Shown here piece by piece: positions 1 to 14,191 of a stretch of 64,000 nucleotides of DNA; positions within the stretch are counted from its first letter, which is position 1; every line of letters starts with the position of its first letter. A program made the translations under genes and the position numbers. Source of the stretch: Paraspadella gotoi (taxonomy: Eukaryota > Animalia > Chaetognatha); NCBI GenBank assembly GCA_051294375.1, contig CM119270.1, forward strand, positions 5,681,452 through 5,745,451, given 5' to 3'. The notes beneath the pieces were generated by a model. It saw only the letters and a program-made list of their open reading frames with translations. It was not told where the DNA came from and did not search any database.

Positions 1-12
1 AAGTAACCTAAC

Positions 13-135
13 CTAAGTGCTTTTTTCCAGTAGATCTTGCTTCGTCGTCGTATCCGTGCTTGCCCTCATGCTTGTTGATGTGCTTGTCGTCGTCATAAAC
101 GATAAAAGTGAAGGATTTTCTTGCGTTGCATTCTT
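13..135 (-). CDS. Probable isolated internal exon of an unidentified gene running off the window edge
   Basis: On the minus strand a 123-nt open segment (ECNARKSFTFIVYDDDKHINKHEGKHGYDDEARSTGKKHL) lies between a tgcag acceptor and a gttagg donor, phase 1-1. No family recognised. Confidence 0.35.
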   Translation of the reverse strand, partial: KNATQENPSLLSFMTTTSTSTSMRASTDTTTKQDLLEKST

Positions 136-217
136 CTGCAATAAGAAAGCATCATTATATATAAATGTATTTTAAAGAAATACTCTTTTCGTGCTTGAAA
201 TTCTTTTTAAAGAGAGA

Positions 218-2971
218 GATTTTGCAAGAGAAAATCCCACATTATTTGAATGTGGCAATACTCGTTCGCCATTGAATTACAATCAGATAACAATCTTAAT
301 CCGGAGAGAAAGTCGTAGCACTTCCACCAAACTCGCATTATGGTTCCACTGTAACCTAAAGATTAAACAAATAATTGCAAGAAATATTTTTCAAAAGATT
401 TTTTAATTTGGTGAAGACTATACCATTTGCATTGGCAAGACGAAACGCCATTGTTATAGCACAATAGTTGGTTTCAAGCAGTGGTTGCAAATCAGTGCAT
501 TTTTAATTCCTGAGGACCCTCCTCCAAAATTGACACTTTTTCCCCGCTGTAGCCCTATAAAGTTGTTTAAAAAAAATTATATTCTGACATTCATAAATAT
601 ATTATAAAAATTCTTTCCTTTTTTTAAATACCTGTTTTACAACTTTGCAAAGCAAAGCCATTATTACGATTGCAATAATCAGTACATTGAGGTTACAATC
701 ATACAACCTTAAACCAGGTGAAGATGTAGTCATTCCCTCTCCAAACTGACATTTATCCTCCACTGTAAACCTAAATATTTTACAATAATCGATATTAAGG
801 TAAAAGGTAAGCAGATAAAATAATAATATATAATTAACCCGATTGCATTTGCACCATAAACATTCCATTGTTAGATGTGCAAGTATTCTGTTCCAATTGT
901 ATTACAATCTGTACATTTTAAGGCCAGGGGAACATTGTTGTTACCTCCTCCAAAATTGCATTTTCGCCAACTATAACCTTGTAATTAAAAAAAACCATTT
1001 AGAAACAAGAAAATGATAAATATATCTGTGTAAAAATGTACCTTATGACCTGTTTTAACATTTGCAAGTAAATCGCCCATTATTAGATGTACAATATTCT
1101 GTCCCATTGAATTACAAATCAGTACATCTTAATCCCGGTGAACGGCTGTTTGATGCTCCTCCAACCAAACTGGCATTTTCTTCCTCCACTGAAACCTAAA
1201 GAATCTGAATTATGTCCCGCAACAAAAATGTAAGAAAAAAATATCCAAAAAATAGGTTGATACCAAATTTGCATTTGCTGAAAAAATCCATCATTTGATG
1301 TTGCAATATTCTGTCCAAAAGAGTTTAAATCTGTAAACATTTTAAACCGGGAGATGGAGTCGTGAACCGGCCCCCAACCATATTGGCATCTATCCCCCGC
1401 TGTAACCTAATATGTATTTGAAAGTTATCTTGAAAAAAAGGAAAACTTTATAATCCAACTATGTCCATAAAAAAATTACCAATTTGCAATTTGCATGAAA
1501 AATTCATTATTAGAGGCACAATATTCCTGTTCCAAAGGCTGTGCAGATCAGTACATTTTCAAACGAGGTGACATTGTGGTAGCACCACCGCCAAATTGGA
1601 CATTTATCCCCACTGTATCCTATCATTTGAAAAATAAATTAATCGAAATTTTTATTCTGATCATAAAATTTTTTTTATAGAAATAACCATTCTGCATTTG
1701 CAAGGAGAAGAGCCCATTGTTTGAAGGTAAAGCATATACTCCGTTCCCATGCTGTTACAATCTGTACACTTTAAACACCGGAGATGAAGTTGTTAACTTC
1801 GCCACCAAACTGACATCTATCGGCCGCTGAAACCTGTAAAGCAGATGCACATCATTATTCCGCGACAATGATTGGCCGATTTACCTAACGGCGCCGCTTT
1901 TTGAAAGAGACTCACCCGCTTTGCAATTGCAGACAAATCCGTTGCCGGCGCGGAGCAAGAAGACAAACGCGAGAGAATTACAGTCGCTGCATGCTGAATT
2001 CTAGGTGTCGCCGTCGTCGTCCGTAAGAATTGGCACTTGTTTCACGCTGAAACCTTTTTTTTTAAAATAACAACGTCAAATTAGGTTTGTTTCACATTGA
2101 ATATTTTTTAAAATTCTTACCTTCCTTCCTTCCTACTTTCCTTCCTTCCTTCCTTCCTTCCTTCCTTCCTTCCTTCTCCTTCTTCCTTCCTTCCTTCCCT
2201 TTCCTTCTTCCTTCCTGTCCTTCCTTCCTTTATTTTCCTTCTCTTCCATTTACTCACCAGCATGTGCAATGCAGACGAACCGCCGTTGACTGTGGAGCAG
2301 TAGTTGGTTCCGCCATCGTTGCAATCGTTGCAAGACGTCGGCGCCAAGCGTCGTCCATCGGCGTCGTTCCTGCACGCCATATTCTGGCAAAAACCTTCCG
2401 CTCCATCCGGGGGCGCAGACGCATCTGGCAGTTCGATTGGTTGATTGATTGATTAGTTTTAAATTATTGGTTAGTTTAGGGTATTTAAACATTAGTTGGT
2501 AAACTAGCCTTATTGCCGATTGGCTGGATAGTTTGCTCTGGGAAGATGATTGGTCCGCTTTCACCGTCAATACATCAACTGTGTATTTTTAAACCGTATG
2601 CCGTTTTTTTTGATATTGTTAGTCTTAAACAATTTGAAGCCGTCAGGGTTGGACAAAATAGAAAAAACGTCGTCTTACCGATAGAAGTATTGTCGCGACG
2701 GCCTTGCAGAAGGCTCCGTTCTTGCAATAATTATCGTCGCAAGGATTCATTGACTTGCGGGAGGGCGCGAATTAGTCCGGAGACACATGCGCGCTGAACA
2801 AGGCAAAAGGGGAGAAGACAAAGTCAAGCGGGGAAGGCAAATATGGAAAGAGAAGGAAAAAAATCTTAAAAGCATAAGATCAAGCCAATGATGATAGTCA
2901 TATCATTGATGCGATGATATCATTCATTTTCCAATCGTAAATAAAACAAACAAAATGCGTGTATGAGTGAA

Positions 2972-3015
<44 letters not shown>

Positions 3016-3151
3016 GCTGGACAGTTTTCCGCCAAAGAAACGCAATCAGAATTTTTTAGGAAAAAATCCAACGAAAATCTCGATCGTAAATTTGGGATTT
3101 TGTATTGAGAAAGCGCGGAATAAATGGCGATAATAAAAGTTTTTAGAATGA

Positions 3152-3195
<44 letters not shown>

Positions 3196-6100
3196 AAGAG
3201 AGAGAGAGAAGCCTGGGACAGCCGCTGGAATCCGCCGCTGGACCGCTGCTGCATGAGCTGAACTCATTGCGCGACGAATATGAAAGTAGGGACGAACTTT
3301 TTTCCCTTTCTATAAAAAAATATTAGCAAAAATAAATATTTGGGTATAGAGGCATAATAAGAATTTTTTGTACATTGAAAGTAAACTAAAAATGCATAAA
3401 TTTTTGTTTGAGGCATGTCCCATACTAATTTTTGATTGCACCCCATTGAGAGGGGCTACCCCTATTCAGAAAGAAAAAAAACTTGATAAAGCTAAACTCT
3501 TTTCAATAATAATGATCCAAAATTATAATCCCTATTAACAAAATATATAGTTGAAAAATACTCAGTTAACGACTATCATATTTATTTTGACTTCCAAATA
3601 TTTTTTTTCCCTCATTTTAAAAAATTTTAATTTGAATGAAATTTTTATTGTTCTTTTTTTAGGTAAGAACCAGACCGAGGTCAAACTTTATATTTGCAAT
3701 ATTTAATTAATTTATAAATAGTTATCACAACTCAAATAATTATTAATTTAAAAAAAAGATAAAAAATGATTAAAATATATACACTAAAAATATTTATACA
3801 TTTAATAATAGTATAAAATTATCAGAATACAAAAAAAGTAATGTTAATTTGACTATATCTCTCTTATCAACTCCTATTTTAGATAATAAATTTGGCCAAT
3901 AGTGGGCCACCGGTTCAAAGTTACAATTAATAAAAAATACAAATTTAATTTTTTTTCAATAAATGCATATTGTCGCCGAAGTGCTGCATATATAATAACG
4001 TCACATTAGCTTTTTTGATTTTTACATGCTGACAATGCATGTCAAATATAAGTTATTCTTCACTTTTTTTAAAATGTATCCACGAAAATCTCGGATGTAA
4101 ATTTTGGTTATTTAAGTAATTGAGACAAAGCCCTCGAAATAAAAGTTTTTAAGAAAAAAAAACATAATATAAATTTTTCAAAAAAAGAAACGATCACGCA
4201 AGAGATCGTAAAGAGGAGAAAGAACGAAAGAGAAAGAGAGAGAAAGAGAGACAAAGCTGAACAAGCTGCTTGAAGGGCTGTACAGTCCAGTGCAGAAACT
4301 GAATCGTTTTTTTCTGAAATAAAAGAATAAGAAGAAATAAAAGAAAAAAAGAAAGGCAAAAATGTTAACAATGGTTTTACCAATTGGAAATCTTTCCAAT
4401 TTTTTCCAATCGCAGCTTGTAAAAAGATTTTTATTTTTATTTGATTAAAATTAAGATATAGCCATATCTAAATTTTTAAACTTACTATGAATGCACACTT
4501 TTAAAAAACTTATCATAATTCATAATAATTTTTATTTAAAAAAAACGGTAAGTCACAGCAAACTATAAAAGCGTAGCTAGTTTTTTATTTAAAACAGGCG
4601 GACGGCGACGACGACGACGACGGACGCGACGACGACGACGACGACAACGAGACGACGACTACGTCACAAAGAAGCTCACCCGAATCAATATCAAGCCTGA
4701 ACCGGCTTCGCCGGTCATGCTTGATAATGAGTAGTTTGGATAAAAAGGGAGAAAAAAGTGTATTATTGATACTAAAATTAAACCAATCGTTGAAAAACAC
4801 TGAACATTGCAGGGAGGATATAAGATATCATCAATATTTTAGTTGAACAAACATCTGCTGAAATCCATAAAAACCGCCTTTTAATTAATACTAGTTAATA
4901 ATAGATTAAAATATTATAAAGTTTATTGTCTCACCTGGTGCTTCACGTTCTTCCGGGATCTTCTTCTCTGTTTCCTCTTTTCCTTCGTCCTTTTCCTCTT
5001 CGTTCTCCACTTTTTTCAATTTCTTTGGTCTCCTTCTTTCCTCTCTCGTTCTTTTTCATCTTTCCTTGTTCACGCTGCGCTGAGAGCAACGAGGCCAGAA
5101 GAGAATCCCGAAATCTTAACGGGAAAACAAAATTACGGATTTTTTTATGTCATTTTTTATCCTTTCTCTCAGGGGGCAAAAACGTATTTGCCTCTTTATA
5201 AATTTACATTTTACTTTAAAATTTAAAATTTGTTTTGTATATAGAAAAAAAGAGTGGATTATAGAAAGATCGTTGGCACGATGCCAACTAGACAAGAAGT
5301 CTTAGTAAATTTTTATTTCTCTCCTTCTCTCTCTCTCTTTCTCTAAAAAAAAATTGGAAAAAATGAAAAAAGTTGCAAGCTTTACATTGTGATCCGTTTT
5401 CTCCCGGGTTTCAATTCCCGTTCCCCCCCTACACCGGACGATACAGGGTGGCGAAAAAAACGAACATCGCAACAAAAAAAAGTAAAAGAAAAAATGGGTG
5501 GTTCGGAAAAAAAAAGAACATCTCAGACAGAAAAAATAAAAAAATGAAATATGTAGGTGTTCAGAAAAAAAAAAGATCATTTCAGAATGAAAAAAAAAAA
5601 TTAAAGAAACTGGGTGGTTCGAAAAAAAAAGAACATTTGAGAATAAAAGGGTGAGTCAAAAAAAAGGGAAAAAGCGGCGGGAAAAAGACAGACGAGGGAG
5701 ATCGCAAGCTTTTATGTACTATTGAGATGTGAGGTGTCAGGAGAATATAAAAAACAGAAGAAGAAAAAAAAGAATAAAAGAAAGAAAAAAAGAATAAAGA
5801 AAGAAAAGAAGAAAAAAGAAAAAACAGAAAAAGAGAAAGAAAGAAAGAAAAAAGAAGAAAGGAAGAAAAAAGAAATAAAAAAGAAGAAAGATGAGAAAAA
5901 AAAGAAAAAAGAGAGATTACAAAGAAAAAAAAGAAAGAAAGAAAGAAAGAAAAACCAACATGAAGGTAAAAAATAACTAAAAAAGAAAAATAAATAAAGA
6001 AAGAGGAGATTAAAAAGAAAGAAAGAAAAGAAGAAAGGCATAAAATAGGATGGAAAGAAAATTAAAAAGGAAAGGTCGCTGAAAGAAAAAAAATAAACAA

Positions 6101-8890
6101 AAAATTAGCAAAGAACAAGAAAAAAGAAAAGTTTTTATGGGCGAATCGCGGCCGTAAGATGTGAGTTGTGTGTGAGGTAGAAGCAAACAAAGAATCAAAA
6201 ACGTGTGACGACATGTGAGTGGGGAAACAAATAATCTGAGTGGCTGAGAGTGGCTGGGATTTGAGTATGAAAAGGAAAGTGATGGAGGGAAAATGTGAAA
6301 TGAGTAGTAAAAGATTTAAATTTGACATTTTATAATTTATTAATATGCCAATAATGAAAATTTTAATAAATCTCGCCCGAGAATGATTGAGATATATTGA
6401 TAAAGAGAGGAGAGAGGAGAGAGAGAAGGGCGGAGAGAGAGAGAGAGAGAGAGAGACGAAGAAGAGTTTAGACTGCCCACAACTGATTTTTTGCGCGAAA
6501 AAGAGGCGTGCAGTCTTTCGCCATTGCAGTCATTAGATCTTTTTTTACTACTGAATCTCTCACGCCAAAATCGATAAGCCAAAACAATATGATCTTTTTA
6601 GTAGAAACTTGTTTTTTATAGTTCCTGTAGTCCCTAGTTCTATGTATAGTTTCTCATAATTAGTTTATCTTCGTACTGGAATGAAAAAAAAAATTTAACG
6701 CGAAATCAAATCAACGTATTGAATTTTATTTTAATTTCACTTGTCTATGTGTTTTTTATTTTTAAGGCCTTTTTCAAATACGCTTAACAATTTTTATTAT
6801 TATTTTTCAATAACTTTTACATATTAATCACCGAACTCTACTTGGTAGAAAGGTATATACAATGAGATGATTTATTGTGGATACAGATACAAGATTGAAA
6901 AATTAACACGCTTAACGTTAAATAGCTGATACTACTCACAAGAAGTGGTACCATAAAATGTTTATGGTGCAGATGTTTCCATAGTTGTTGTTAATAGAAT
7001 GTTGTGAAAATAATAAAATTTATAAAATTAAAATTTAGCATAAAAACATTAAAAATAAAACTCTTAAAGTAATGCATAAAATTATTTTTAAATTTGTATA
7101 CATTATAATAGGCTAAAGTTTAAAAATGTAAATTTTAAATTCTAAGGACTGGGATTTGGATTTTCTTTAAAAAGTTAGATAAAAAAAAGTATAATTCTTT
7201 TTTAAAAAAACTTTAATTAAGTTGGTCAAAAATATAATAAACTATACTTAAATATTAATGTTTTAATTTTCATTTTAGTCGTACTTATGTCATAAATTTT
7301 AAAAGATATATTTTTCTTCGATCAAACTTTTTATGAGGAATCTAAATCGTTCTAAGAATTAAAAAAAAAATTAAATTTTTGATAGTTATACAGGTACATA
7401 ATAAGCTGACTGAGCCACTTTATTATTAAAAAATTAAAAATAACTCCAGATTAATATTCACTAATAAGATGTTTGTTGAGATTAAAACTTCTAATAAATT
7501 GTGATTCCAAAACGTTTCACTTCACCCATATTGTACAGTCATATGACCATGGTGGTTCACTATGTTAATTATAGCAGAGATGACGATTCTCAGAATTTTA
7601 TCAGTAACCCTCAGCCTACCTGAGAGACCATTACGAGGATAAAAACCGACAAAAAGATGAAAAGATTGCCGTCGCCCGAGAAGGAGATGAAAAAAAATAA
7701 AAAGAAGCCGGAGAAAAAATAAAAAAAGAAAGAGGGTGAGTTCGAGGAAAAAAGGTGAGTGAATCGGGCAAGAGGGAGAAACTTACCCGACGGAGAAGAT
7801 CGCGACCGAGAGGAGAAAAGGGTGAGGAAGAATGAAAGCGAGGCGGAGAGAGGGGGGAGGGTAAGTTAACGGGGCGTTTGAAAGAAAGAAGAAAGGTGAG
7901 TCGAGTAGATGGAGGGAGAAAGAGAGAAGATGAAGATGAGAGTCGCGGAAGAGGAAAGAAATGATGGTGAAGGAGGAGATTGGTAATAGTGAATGGAAGT
8001 GAGAAAGAAATAAAAATAATTGATAATTAGATGAATGAATGAATTAATGATAAAAATGAAAAAAATTAGAAAGAGTAGAGAGAGAGAGAGAGAGAGAAGA
8101 GAGAGAAGAGAAAGAGAAGAGAGAGAAGAGAGAGAAATGAGAGAGGAGAGACAGAGAAAAATACAAAGATAACAAGAAATAAGCAAAAAAAAAAAAAAAA
8201 AGAGAGACAAGAAAGAGAAAGAGAAAAAAGAAAGAGAGAGAATGCTAGGATTTCCGCAACCCAGGGAGTGAAATACTTTCCGTGCCATTATCCACTTCTG
8301 TTCAAGGAAGAAGGTAAGTTTCGTAACCATTACCCATTTTTTTTCTTTCATCCCTCTATGCACTCTTCCTTCAGTCTTTACCTTTTTTTTATTAACCCTA
8401 CATTTTGTTTTTTTTTTTTTAGTTTTTTTAGTGTTTTATTGTTATATTTGTTATTTTTTGCTATCAGTATCGATACTATTTTTAGATTCATATTCTATTT
8501 GCTTTCATCCCTCTTCTTCGTATCAAACAAACAAACAAAAAAACAAAACAACAAACAAACAAAACTATCGGTGATTCCCTCCTCTAATATCTACACCTTT
8601 TTAACAATAATAAAAATTAATTATAAAAAAACGAAGAACGTAAACGAAAAGAGAGGGGGGGAAGTAAGAGGAGGAAAGAGAAAGATGAGGATGAGGAGTA
8701 GAAAATGAAAGAACCGAGTTGGACTTGAGAATGAAAAAGTAAGTTTAAACATCTCACCTTTTTTATTGAATTTAAATACGCAAAGTAAATTTTAAGCCGG
8801 TTTCGTCAGCAGCTTCGGTGATGGAAGCGAATCTACTTTTTTTTCTCAAACGAATCAGAAATCTACAGGGGAATCCTCTATTTTTTTTTT
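218..8890 (-). repeat. Inverted, indel-rich duplicate of 16454-~23120 (5' part of the EGF gene), with an extra ~1.87-kb segment (~2860-4726)
   Basis: 8856-8890 is the reverse complement of 16454 onward. EGF exons at 218-2790 mirror 20661-23120 but are frameshifted by scattered 1-nt indels. Confidence 0.9.
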
Positions 8891-9435
8891 TTAGAAAGGG
8901 AAGGCTGAAAACTACAGTGAGAGTATCTCGGTTCGTGATAATTTACACAAAAAAATTTTTTTAAAGCCTGTTTTAGTGTTAGAGAAAAGTTGTAGATTGT
9001 CGTGTATGATATTTATTACTTAGCAAATTTGAATATTTTTAAACATTTTCATATTCTTTCAATATTTTCTAAAAACTTATTAATAGTTGTAACCTTGAGT
9101 CATTGGTCCTTGTATCATACTACCATTAAGTCAATGATCGACTAAGATCCCAAGTATTAAAAATCAAATGTGACACCTAAAATGATAAATATCCGAAAAA
9201 TCTTAATCCTTTAACAATTTTTTTCTTTTTTTTTTTTTTGTACCAGAATCAAAATTCGCGTCTCGATCTTAATTTCTTCTTGATGAAAAAATCAAAAGCC
9301 GACTTAAAAATCACTTTGATTGTTGACTCTCTCAAAGGTCACCGTAAAAACGGAATGAATAAGCCCTTGCTTGCTAGCTTGCTTGCTTGCTTGCTTGTTT
9401 CTTTCTTATCTTTCTTTCTTTCTTTTCTTTCTTTC

Positions 9436-9466
<31 letters not shown>

Positions 9467-9685
9467 TTCTTTTCTTTCTTCTTCTCAGGATTAGAGAGAG
9501 AGAGACATTCTAGAACAGAAACAGACAGAGGAAATAATCGAGGGATTTCATTCCGTCTATTTCTTAGTTTGGGTTAAATATTGAGGTCAGATTTTAACCT
9601 GACATTGCAATAAACTTTTAAACGGGACGAAAAAAAACGGAAAAAAAGAGAATTAAATGAAAAAAAATAAGGTGATGAATAATTA

Positions 9686-10268
9686 CTATCTAGGAAAAAG
9701 TTAGAAACATTTTTAATTGAGGATATCTACTGAAAACTTGCTCGATTTTTAAAAATCAGGATGTTCAGATTCTACACTAAATTTTCTTTCAGTGCTTCCT
9801 TCCATTTTTTCGTAGATCCAACCGTATAGAAGTTAAAGCAAAATAAGATTGCTACCTCAGTGAAAAATGGCGGAAAAAATGCCTTTAGTTTTCAATTCTT
9901 GGTATTGAGTTATTTGTTTCTATTTCAAATTGAGTTGTTATTTTTTTCATTTTTAAAATTTGTATGCGAATAGACAGCCCTCTCTTTGGTCATAAAGGTG
10001 CAATTGTAGCTCTGAGAAAAGAGGAAAGACGCAACAATTCATCAGCAATAGACTTGGAATCCCTCGTTCCACCATTACAAATTTTTACGGCGATACAACA
10101 AATCAAAAACATTTGGTGTGTCAGCTTATGAGAGAGAGAGACGAATGCAGGCAGTGGTCGATGCCAAGGAGGGCATACCAATATTGAGAATGTTTACCCA
10201 TGTTTTGTATATTTTTTATTGAATAATGAACTTTAAAAAAAATGTTTTCTAACTTTTTTCCTAGATAG
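9686..10268. mobile_element. MITE-like non-autonomous DNA transposon (~583 bp, ~30-bp TIRs)
   Basis: Starts CTATCTAGGAAAAAGTTAGAAACATTTTT and ends AAAAATGTTTTCTAACTTTTTTCCTAGATAG. It is absent from the two other copies of this locus (empty sites near 13900 and 15293). A TA target is plausible but the TSD is imperfect. Confidence 0.8.
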
Positions 10269-10643
10269 ATATAGACATATATAGATACTCGAACTACGCT
10301 TTCCCCAGAAAAAAATAAAAGACGCAATAAAGTAAAGTGGTTTTCCATTTTTAACGTCCCTCGCTTGGAGGTCAAGAAAAAAAGCTTCGAAATTGCGTGA
10401 AAAAACCAGCAACGCTTAAAATATATTCTATTTCCATAACATTCTATTCCCTTTGTCTAAATCTATTCTATACTATTCTCTGTTTGATTAAATTCAAAGC
10501 ATGTTATGCTTTTTATTATAAGTAAACGTTTTATGTCAAAGCAAAAGACCCAGAACGATCACTGAAGCGTGGTTTGTCAGTTCAGATGTTCAACGTACAG
10601 ACGTACAATAACGACTCCAATCTCGACGCGTTCGGCGCGCAAA

Positions 10644-10692
10644 TCTCGCGAACTCACGTGACGTCGCCGGTGAAGTCACGTGATCCGGAAGT
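10644..10692 (+). promoter_or_regulatory. Cluster of housekeeping-promoter-like motifs
   Basis: Within 50 bp: TCTCGCGA, two TCACGTGA E-boxes (the first overlapping TGACGTC) and CCGGAAGT (ETS). It is a CpG-rich island ~480 bp upstream of the putative ATG exon at ~11166, and recurs near 13470-13520 (-) and 15684-15735 (+). Confidence 0.45.
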
Positions 10693-11805
10693 AGTGCGTC
10701 GCGACGACGACGACGACGACGACAAAGAAAAATCTTCAAGAAAAAAAATCGTAAGAGAAAAAGTGTTCACGACGACTCGAGTCGAAAAGGCTTAATTTCA
10801 ATTTTTTATGACATGAAAAATATTTTTATATATTGTTGATGTAAATATTCTATCTATTTTTACCTTTCCATGATTTTCAATGTTTTTTCCCAGACTTAGA
10901 AGTGTCTGGCTGTGTTCTCTCTTTTTTTTGGGTACTGAATAAAAAACGCTCATATTATTGAATTTTTTTCTGGATTTAATTACACGATTTACCATTTACT
11001 TCGGACTCTTTTGAGTTTCATTATCTCACATTATTTGAAACCTCACACCACACCAAATTCGCTTCAAATTCAAAGTTACTTTTTACCCTCAAATCGATTC
11101 CTCGTTTCCGTTTTGTTTTTAATTAGTTTTTATATTTTCGGCCAATCACGACGACCGATTCGACAATGAAGGCGCTTGCCGACGAACAACGACTACGAAC
11201 TCGAATGCCCCCAGGCGCTTTCGAAGAAAGTTATCGTAAATTTCGTCGAATGAAAGAGAATGGAAAGTAAAGAAACGAAGAGAAATCTCAACTCGGGTAG
11301 AAGTTTTCATCTTAGAGACAATAGCTTCGTTTCACGCCTTTGTCGAAAACCAAGCAACGAGACCGGTTTAACGGGCGAAGACAAATGGACGACATCGCAG
11401 TCAGTTCATTGGAAACGAAGAATGAAAAAATCACTGACAAGGATGTGCGGAAGAGGTCCAGAGACTCGGGCGTCAAAACGACGCCAAGTTCGGGCCAAGA
11501 GATCAACGACGACGACGAAAGATCTCGAAGAAAAACGCCCACGATCCCAACTCGTGAAAAACCATCATCAGAACCAACTCTTGCGAAGAGTTGATCAATG
11601 TCGACGTCACCGTAAACAGCGTCGATGTTGGATTGCTCAGTTGTGTTGCGTTAGTCCACCGTCGTCGTCGTCGTCTTCCCGGTTTTGGCTGAAGGAAAGC
11701 AAGCAGTCGGATAGAAAGAAGTGAGTGAAGGAGCAAGCTGATGGGTAAGTGTGAGCAAAGAGGGAAGCGGATGGAAAGGCGGATTGGTGGAAGAGGTTAG
11801 CATTG

Positions 11806-11900
<95 letters not shown>

Positions 11901-12381
11901 AAAAAGTAGCAAGATGAGAGGGAGTTTGAGCAGAGAGACACATAGAAACCGACGTTGAAAAGAAAAAAGTNNNNNNNNNNNNNNNNNNNNNNNNNAGGAG
12001 CCCAAGTGCTGATTAGGCCCTTGTAAGTGTGAGCAAGAGGGAAGCGCGATGGAAAGTGCGGATTGCGTGGAAGAGAGCTTAGCACTTGTGCAGAGAGCGA
12101 GAAGAGAAGAGAGACGAGAGAAGAGAGAAGAGAGAGAAAGAGACAGAGAGAGACGAGAGAACGAGTACGAGAGAGAGAGAGAGAGAGAGAGAGCAAAAAA
12201 GTAGCAAGATGAGAGGGAGTTTGAGCAGAGAGACACATAGAAACGCACGTTGAAAGAAAAACGTAAAAAGAATTCAAGCACGAAAGAGTATTTCTTTAAA
12301 AATCAGAGAACCGCAAGTGAACCTACTCCACTGTTCGTATCATACTACTCATATATTATTCTAGCTTGCTCCTTCACTCAC

Positions 12382-12937
12382 CTTTCTTTCTACCGACTGC
12401 TTGCTTTCCTTCAGCCAAAACCGGGAAGACGACGACGACGACGGTGACTAACGCAACCAACTGAGCAATCCAACATCGACGCTGTTTACGGTGACGTCGA
12501 CATTGATCAACTCTTCGCAAGAGTTGGTTCTGATGATGGTTTTTCACGAGTTGGGATCGTGGGCGTTTTCTTCGAGGTCTTTCGTCGTCGTCGTCGTTGA
12601 TCTCTTGGCCCGAACTTGGCGTCGTTTTGACGCCCGAGTCTCTGGACCTCTTCCGCACATCCTTGTCAGTGAATTTTTCATTCTTCGTTTCCAATGAACT
12701 GACTGCGATGTCGTCCATTTGTCTTCGCCCGTTAAACCGGCTCGTTGCTTGGTTTTCGACAAAGGCGTGAAACGAAGCTATTGTCTCTAAGATGAAAACT
12801 TCTTCCTCCAAGTTGAGATTTCTCTTCGTTTCTTTACTTTCCAAGTCTCTTTCATTCGACGAAATTTCCGATAACTTTTTCGAAGCCGCCTGGGGGCATT
12901 CGAGTTCGTAGTCGTTGTTCGTCGGCAGCGCCTTCAT
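12382..12937 (-). CDS. Putative first coding exon of an unidentified protein (best of three copies; others at ~11166-11720 + and ~16224-16410 +)
   Basis: Open frame MKALPTNNDYELECPQ...RRCWIAQLVALVTVVVVVFPVLAEGKQAVGRKK, ending at a strong AAG|GTGAGT donor, with a hydrophobic stretch near the end. The other copies are frameshifted. Confidence 0.45.
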
Positions 12938-14160
12938 TGTCGAATCGGTCGTCGGTGATTGGCCGAAAATATAAAAACTAATTAAAAACAAAACGGAAAC
13001 GAGGAATCGATTGAGGGTAAAAAAGTAACTTTGAATTTGAATCGAATTTGGTGTGGTGTGAGGNNNNNNNNNNTGAAGGTAAAAAAGTAAATTTGAATCG
13101 AATTTGGTGTGGTGTGAGGTTTCAAATAATGTGAGATAATGAAACTCAAAAAGAGTCCGAAGTAAATGGTAAATCGTGTAATTAAAATCCAGGAAAAAAA
13201 TTCAATAATATGAGCGTTTTTATTCAGTACCCCAAAAAAAAGAGAGAACACAGCCAGACACTTCTAAGTCTGGAAAAAACATTGAAAATCATGGAAAGGT
13301 AAAAATAATAGAATATTTACATCAAACAATATATAAAAATTTTTTTCATGTCATAAAAAATTGAAATTAAGCCTTTTCGACTCGGTCGTCGTGAAACAAC
13401 TTTTTCTCTTCCGAGTTTTTTTCTTGAAGATTTTTCTTTGTCGTCGTCGTCGTCGTCGGTCGCGACCACTACTTCCGGATCACGTGACTTCACCGGCGAC
13501 GTCACGTGAGTTCGCGAGATTTGCGCGCCGAACGCGTCGAGATTGGAGTCGTTATTGTACGTCTGTACGTCTGAACATCTGAACTGACAAACCACGCTCT
13601 CAGTGATCGTTCTGGGTCTTTTGCTTTGACATAAAACGTTACTTATAATAAAAAGCATAACATGCTTTGAATTTAATCAAACAGAGCATAGTATAGAATA
13701 GATTTAGACAAAGGGAATAGAATGTTATGGAAATAGAATATATGTTTAAGCGTTGCTGGTTTTTTCACGCAATTTCCGAATCTTTTTTTTCTTGACCTCC
13801 AAGCGAGGGACGTTAAAAATGGAAAACCACTTTACTTTATTGCGTCTTTCTTATTTTTTTCTGGGGAAAGCGTAGTTCGAGTATCTATATATGTCTATAT
13901 AATTATTCATCAACCTTATTTTTTTTAATTTCATTCTCTTTTTTTCCATTTTTTTTCGTCCCGTTTTAAAAGTTTATTGCAATGTCAGGTTAAAATCTGA
14001 CCTCAATATTTAACCCAAACTAAGAAATAGACGGAATGAAATCCCTCGATTATTTCCTCTGTCTGTTTCTGTTCTAGAATGTCTCTTTCTTCGCTCTAAT
14101 CCTGAGAAGAAAGAAAAGAAAGGAAAGAAAGAAAAAGAATAGAAAGAAAAGAAAGAAAGA

Positions 14161-14191
<31 letters not shown>

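Noticed and set aside
5373-6198. Lys/Glu-rich and Phe/Leu-rich ORFs (also 14010-15140 and 19105-19888)
   Set aside because: They are translations of A/G-rich or (CTTT)n low-complexity tracts, mostly intronic, with no coding signal.
11637-12281. 214-aa and 208-aa ORFs
   Set aside because: They run through (GA)n microsatellites and an N-gap.
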